Below, one piece after another: positions 60,989-64,000 of a stretch of 64,000 bases of DNA; position 1 is the first letter of the stretch; every line of letters begins with the position of its first letter. The stretch covers positions 320,001-384,000 of the forward strand of contig CAWDXE010000001.1 in NCBI GenBank assembly GCA_963806185.1, written 5' to 3'. The position numbers were made by a program, and so were the translations under genes. The notes under the pieces were generated by a model. It saw nothing but the letters and a program-made list of their open reading frames with translations. It ran no database searches and had not been told where the DNA came from. This DNA comes from an uncultured candidate division Zixibacteria bacterium (GTDB lineage: Bacteria; Zixibacteria; MSB-5A5; GN15; FEB-12).

Positions 60989-62779
60989 ATGGTGACAGTT
61001 CGTGATGGATCAACGGGACGGGTGGACTTAAACAAATACCCGAAAATTGCCCGACTCCCCAACCATCTCAAGCAATTCATGGTCGATCAGCGCTACGACG
61101 ATTACACGCCGGTGGATCATGCCGTCTGGCGGTATATCATGCGCCAGGCCGTGCATATCCTTCGCGAAAACGCCCACCGGGTCTATTTCAAAGGACTATT
61201 GGATACCGGCATCAGCCTCGAGCGCATCCCCCGTATTGAAGAGATGAACGAGATCCTCGGTCGCATCGGCTGGGGAGCGGTGGCGGTGGACGGCTTCATT
61301 CCACCGGCCGCGTTTATGGAATATCAGGCCTATCAGGTGCTGGTGATCGCCTGCGATATGCGACAGATCAATCATATCGAATACACGCCGGCTCCGGATA
61401 TCGTTCACGAAGCCGCCGGCCATGCACCGATCATTGTCGATCAGGAGTATTCTGAGTATCTGCGCAAGTTCGGTGAGATCGGCGCCAAGGCGATGTCTTC
61501 AAAGAAAGACTTCGACTTATATGAGGCCATCCGTCTCCTGTCGATTCTCAAGGAAGCTCCGGACGCGGACGCCGGGGAGATCAGGAAAGCCGAAGAAAGA
61601 GTTGTCTGGCTCCAGAACAATCTGGGCGCACCCTCGGAAATGGCTCGCCTGTCGCGCCTGCATTGGTGGACGGTGGAATACGGTCTTATCGGCGACTTGA
61701 GCAAGTCGAAGATCTACGGCGCCGGCCTGCTGTCGTCGATCGGCGAGGCGGTGAGTTGCCTCGAAGACGGCGTGCGCAAACTTCCCTATGCTCTCGAGGC
61801 CGCCGATTTCGCGTTTGACATCACCACCAAGCAGCCACAGCTTTTTGTCACGACCGATTTTGAGCAACTCGATCGGGTGCTGGAGAATTTTGCCGACAGC
61901 ATGGCCTTCCGCCGAGGAGGTCTTTACGGTTTGCATATCGCCGTCGAGAACCAGAGCACGGCGACGGCCGTTTATTCGTCCGGGCTGCAGATCTCCGGCA
62001 TATTCACCGAGGTCATTGAGAGCGACGGCATGCCCGTGTATGTTCGCACCACCGGTTCAACCACTCTCGCCGTTAACAACAAGCTCCTCGCAGGTCATGG
62101 CAAGGACTACCACCGGGAAGGCTTTGGCTCGCCGGTTGGCCGGCTGAAGAACTGCCCCCGTCCACCGGAGTCGCTGGATGATTCCGCACTCAAGGAGTTG
62201 GGCGCTGAACTCGGCAAGCCGTCCACGCTTGACTTTGAGAGCGGCGTAAAAGTTGCCGGACGTCTGGACAGAATCGAGAGGCGGAACGGCTTCATCATCC
62301 TGGTCTCCTTCTCAGATTGCACGGTCACGTACAAGGGACTGACACTGTTTGAGCCGTCATGGGGAAACTACGACATGGCTGTTGGCGAGAGGATTGTCTC
62401 GGTGTTTAATGGCGCAGCCGACAAGGATGCCCACGAGCAGGTCGCCCTGGTAGCCAAGACGCGCACCATTAGAGTCCAAAATTCGGCCGAGGATCGCCGC
62501 CTGCACGAACTCTATCAGCTACTCCGCGAGATTAGAGAGAACGCAGCCGGCTTCGAACGGCTTGCCGGAATCTGGCACACCCTGAGTACCGACTTCACGC
62601 ATGACTGGCTGGCTTCGCTGGAGATTGTGGAAATCCTCCACACCAACCAACTGGACCCATCACTCGAGCAGGAAGTACGACGTTCGCTTGCGAAGGCAAA
62701 AGCCGTCCGTCCTGAATTGACCAAGTTGATCGACGACGGCTTACGGCTGATAGCAGAGTCAGCCGGTCGAGCGAGCTAG
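60989..62779 (+). CDS. phhA: phenylalanine 4-hydroxylase, long form with C-terminal extension
   Basis: YTPAPDIVHEAAGH, HWWTVEYGLI, IYGAGLLSSIGE, QPQLFV; RBS AAGGAG. Confidence 0.9.
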   Translation: MVTVRDGSTGRVDLNKYPKIARLPNHLKQFMVDQRYDDYTPVDHAVWRYIMRQAVHILRENAHRVYFKGLLDTGISLERIPRIEEMNEILGRIGWGAVAVDGFIPPAAFMEYQAYQVLVIACDMRQINHIEYTPAPDIVHEAAGHAPIIVDQEYSEYLRKFGEIGAKAMSSKKDFDLYEAIRLLSILKEAPDADAGEIRKAEERVVWLQNNLGAPSEMARLSRLHWWTVEYGLIGDLSKSKIYGAGLLSSIGEAVSCLEDGVRKLPYALEAADFAFDITTKQPQLFVTTDFEQLDRVLENFADSMAFRRGGLYGLHIAVENQSTATAVYSSGLQISGIFTEVIESDGMPVYVRTTGSTTLAVNNKLLAGHGKDYHREGFGSPVGRLKNCPRPPESLDDSALKELGAELGKPSTLDFESGVKVAGRLDRIERRNGFIILVSFSDCTVTYKGLTLFEPSWGNYDMAVGERIVSVFNGAADKDAHEQVALVAKTRTIRVQNSAEDRRLHELYQLLREIRENAAGFERLAGIWHTLSTDFTHDWLASLEIVEILHTNQLDPSLEQEVRRSLAKAKAVRPELTKLIDDGLRLIAESAGRAS

Positions 62780-62933
62780 TCCAGGGAACATCGATCCCAT
62801 TTTGAACGTTAGGCGGGCTACTGACGCTATTTCAAGCGCAGGCAAACGGAAATTTTATGACGGGTTTGCGGATGTTGGCTCGGCGCCAGAGTGCCGTCGA
62901 TTCGTCGAAATTATCAGCTTTAGTGGAGGCGAA

Positions 62934-63794
62934 ATGACTCATCTCGTTTTGGGCGGCACCGGCACGGTCGGTGGCGCCGTTGTGCGAAAACTTCTGGCGG
63001 CGGGCCATTCGGTCAAGGTACTCACTCGTTCGACGGAAAAAGCCGCGTCATTGCCGAAAGGAGCGCAGGCAGTGGTCGGCGATCTCACCAACCCGGCGAC
63101 TTACCCGGGTGTATTCAGAGACTTCGATACCCTGTTCTTGCTCATCGCTAATTCCATCACGGAATTGCACGAAGGTTTGGCGGCGGTCAACGAATCCAAA
63201 CGGGCGGGCGTGAAACGCATCGTTTACTTGTCAGTCCATCGGGCTGAATCGGGCCCGGCAATCCCCCATTTCGGCGGGAAGGTGGCAATCGAAGAAGCGA
63301 TCAAGAAATCCGGCGTCCCCTACACGATTATTCGTCCAAACAACTTCTACCAGAATGATTTCTGGTTCAAAGACGTCATTCTCCAGTACGGCGTCTATCC
63401 GCAACCGCTCGGCGACGTCGGTGTTTCGAGAGTCGATGTCGACGATGTAGCCGAGGCCTCCTTCAACGCGCTCACCAAACCGGGACACGAAGGGCAGTCG
63501 TATTCGCTGGTCGGGCCGGATGCACTGACGGGCCCGGCAGTTGCCAGAATGTACTCCGAGGAGCTCGGGCGCGAAATCAAGTACGGCGGCAACGATCTCG
63601 ACGCCTGGACAAAGGTGAACATCGCCTACCTTCCCCACTGGATGGTTTGGGATTTCGCCCTAATGTACAAGCTATTCCAAGAGGAGGGGCTGAAAGCGAG
63701 TCCGTCCGATTTGATGCAGACTGAGCGGGCTGTTGGTCGTCCACCAAAGCGCTTTGCTGACTTTGTCAAAGCCACGGTTTCGGCCTGGAAGTAG
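62934..63794 (+). CDS. NmrA-like NAD(P)-binding protein
   Basis: LVLGGTGTVG, AGVKRIVYLS, YTIIRPN, VDVDDVA; RBS GGAGG. Confidence 0.9.
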   Translation: MTHLVLGGTGTVGGAVVRKLLAAGHSVKVLTRSTEKAASLPKGAQAVVGDLTNPATYPGVFRDFDTLFLLIANSITELHEGLAAVNESKRAGVKRIVYLSVHRAESGPAIPHFGGKVAIEEAIKKSGVPYTIIRPNNFYQNDFWFKDVILQYGVYPQPLGDVGVSRVDVDDVAEASFNALTKPGHEGQSYSLVGPDALTGPAVARMYSEELGREIKYGGNDLDAWTKVNIAYLPHWMVWDFALMYKLFQEEGLKASPSDLMQTERAVGRPPKRFADFVKATVSAWK

Positions 63795-64000
63795 ACGGCC
63801 TATTCGGACAACGATCGGGATAATCAGAAGAAGAGTCAGGTGCAACCTGGCTCTTCTTCATTTCCGCGCGGGTTTAGTTGCACTCGGTGGGATGTGTCTT
63901 GCTACTACTCGGCGAACGTGTCCGGGGTAAGGCGGCCGGACGTCGCGAATTTCAAACCTGTTGTGTTATAACACACTAAGCCGATCTCCGGGGCGTTCTT

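Overview
Chromosomal window from a GC-rich diderm bacterium. An S8 protease ending in a dockerin-like module, a PorV-like gene and lptFG suggest an FCB-group organism such as Zixibacteria; this is an inference, not a database match. Most of the window is housekeeping or catabolic: YhaM-like nuclease, lptFG, an amidohydrolase pair, pepF, ferritin, ppgK, SemiSWEET, acr3-arsR-arsC, STAS protein, a NitT/TauT-type ABC pair, corA, a MutY-like glycosylase, DUF1015-serA-serC, prolyl oligopeptidase, two TonB C-terminal-domain genes and a Phe/Tyr (homogentisate) catabolic set. Three tRNAs are present: Ser-GGA, Lys-TTT and Lys-CTT. The strongest candidate for a new system is a three-gene operon abutting the tRNA-Lys pair, encoding a trypsin-like protease, an unknown protein with an amphipathic helical hairpin, and an alpha/beta-hydrolase-caspase fusion. 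It looks like a protease-activated defence or cell-death module. Other leads are a secreted small protein overlapping a TPR gene, an ORF-free hairpin-rich region (possible sRNA), a Rex/CRP-type operator on the DUF1015-serA-serC promoter, duplicated leaderless promoters, a repeat-flanked beta-CASP-like nuclease cassette and a membrane-anchored pseudokinase. Several genes between 38 and 55 kb are broken by single-base frameshifts that are probably sequencing artefacts. All calls come from reading motifs by eye; no searches were run.
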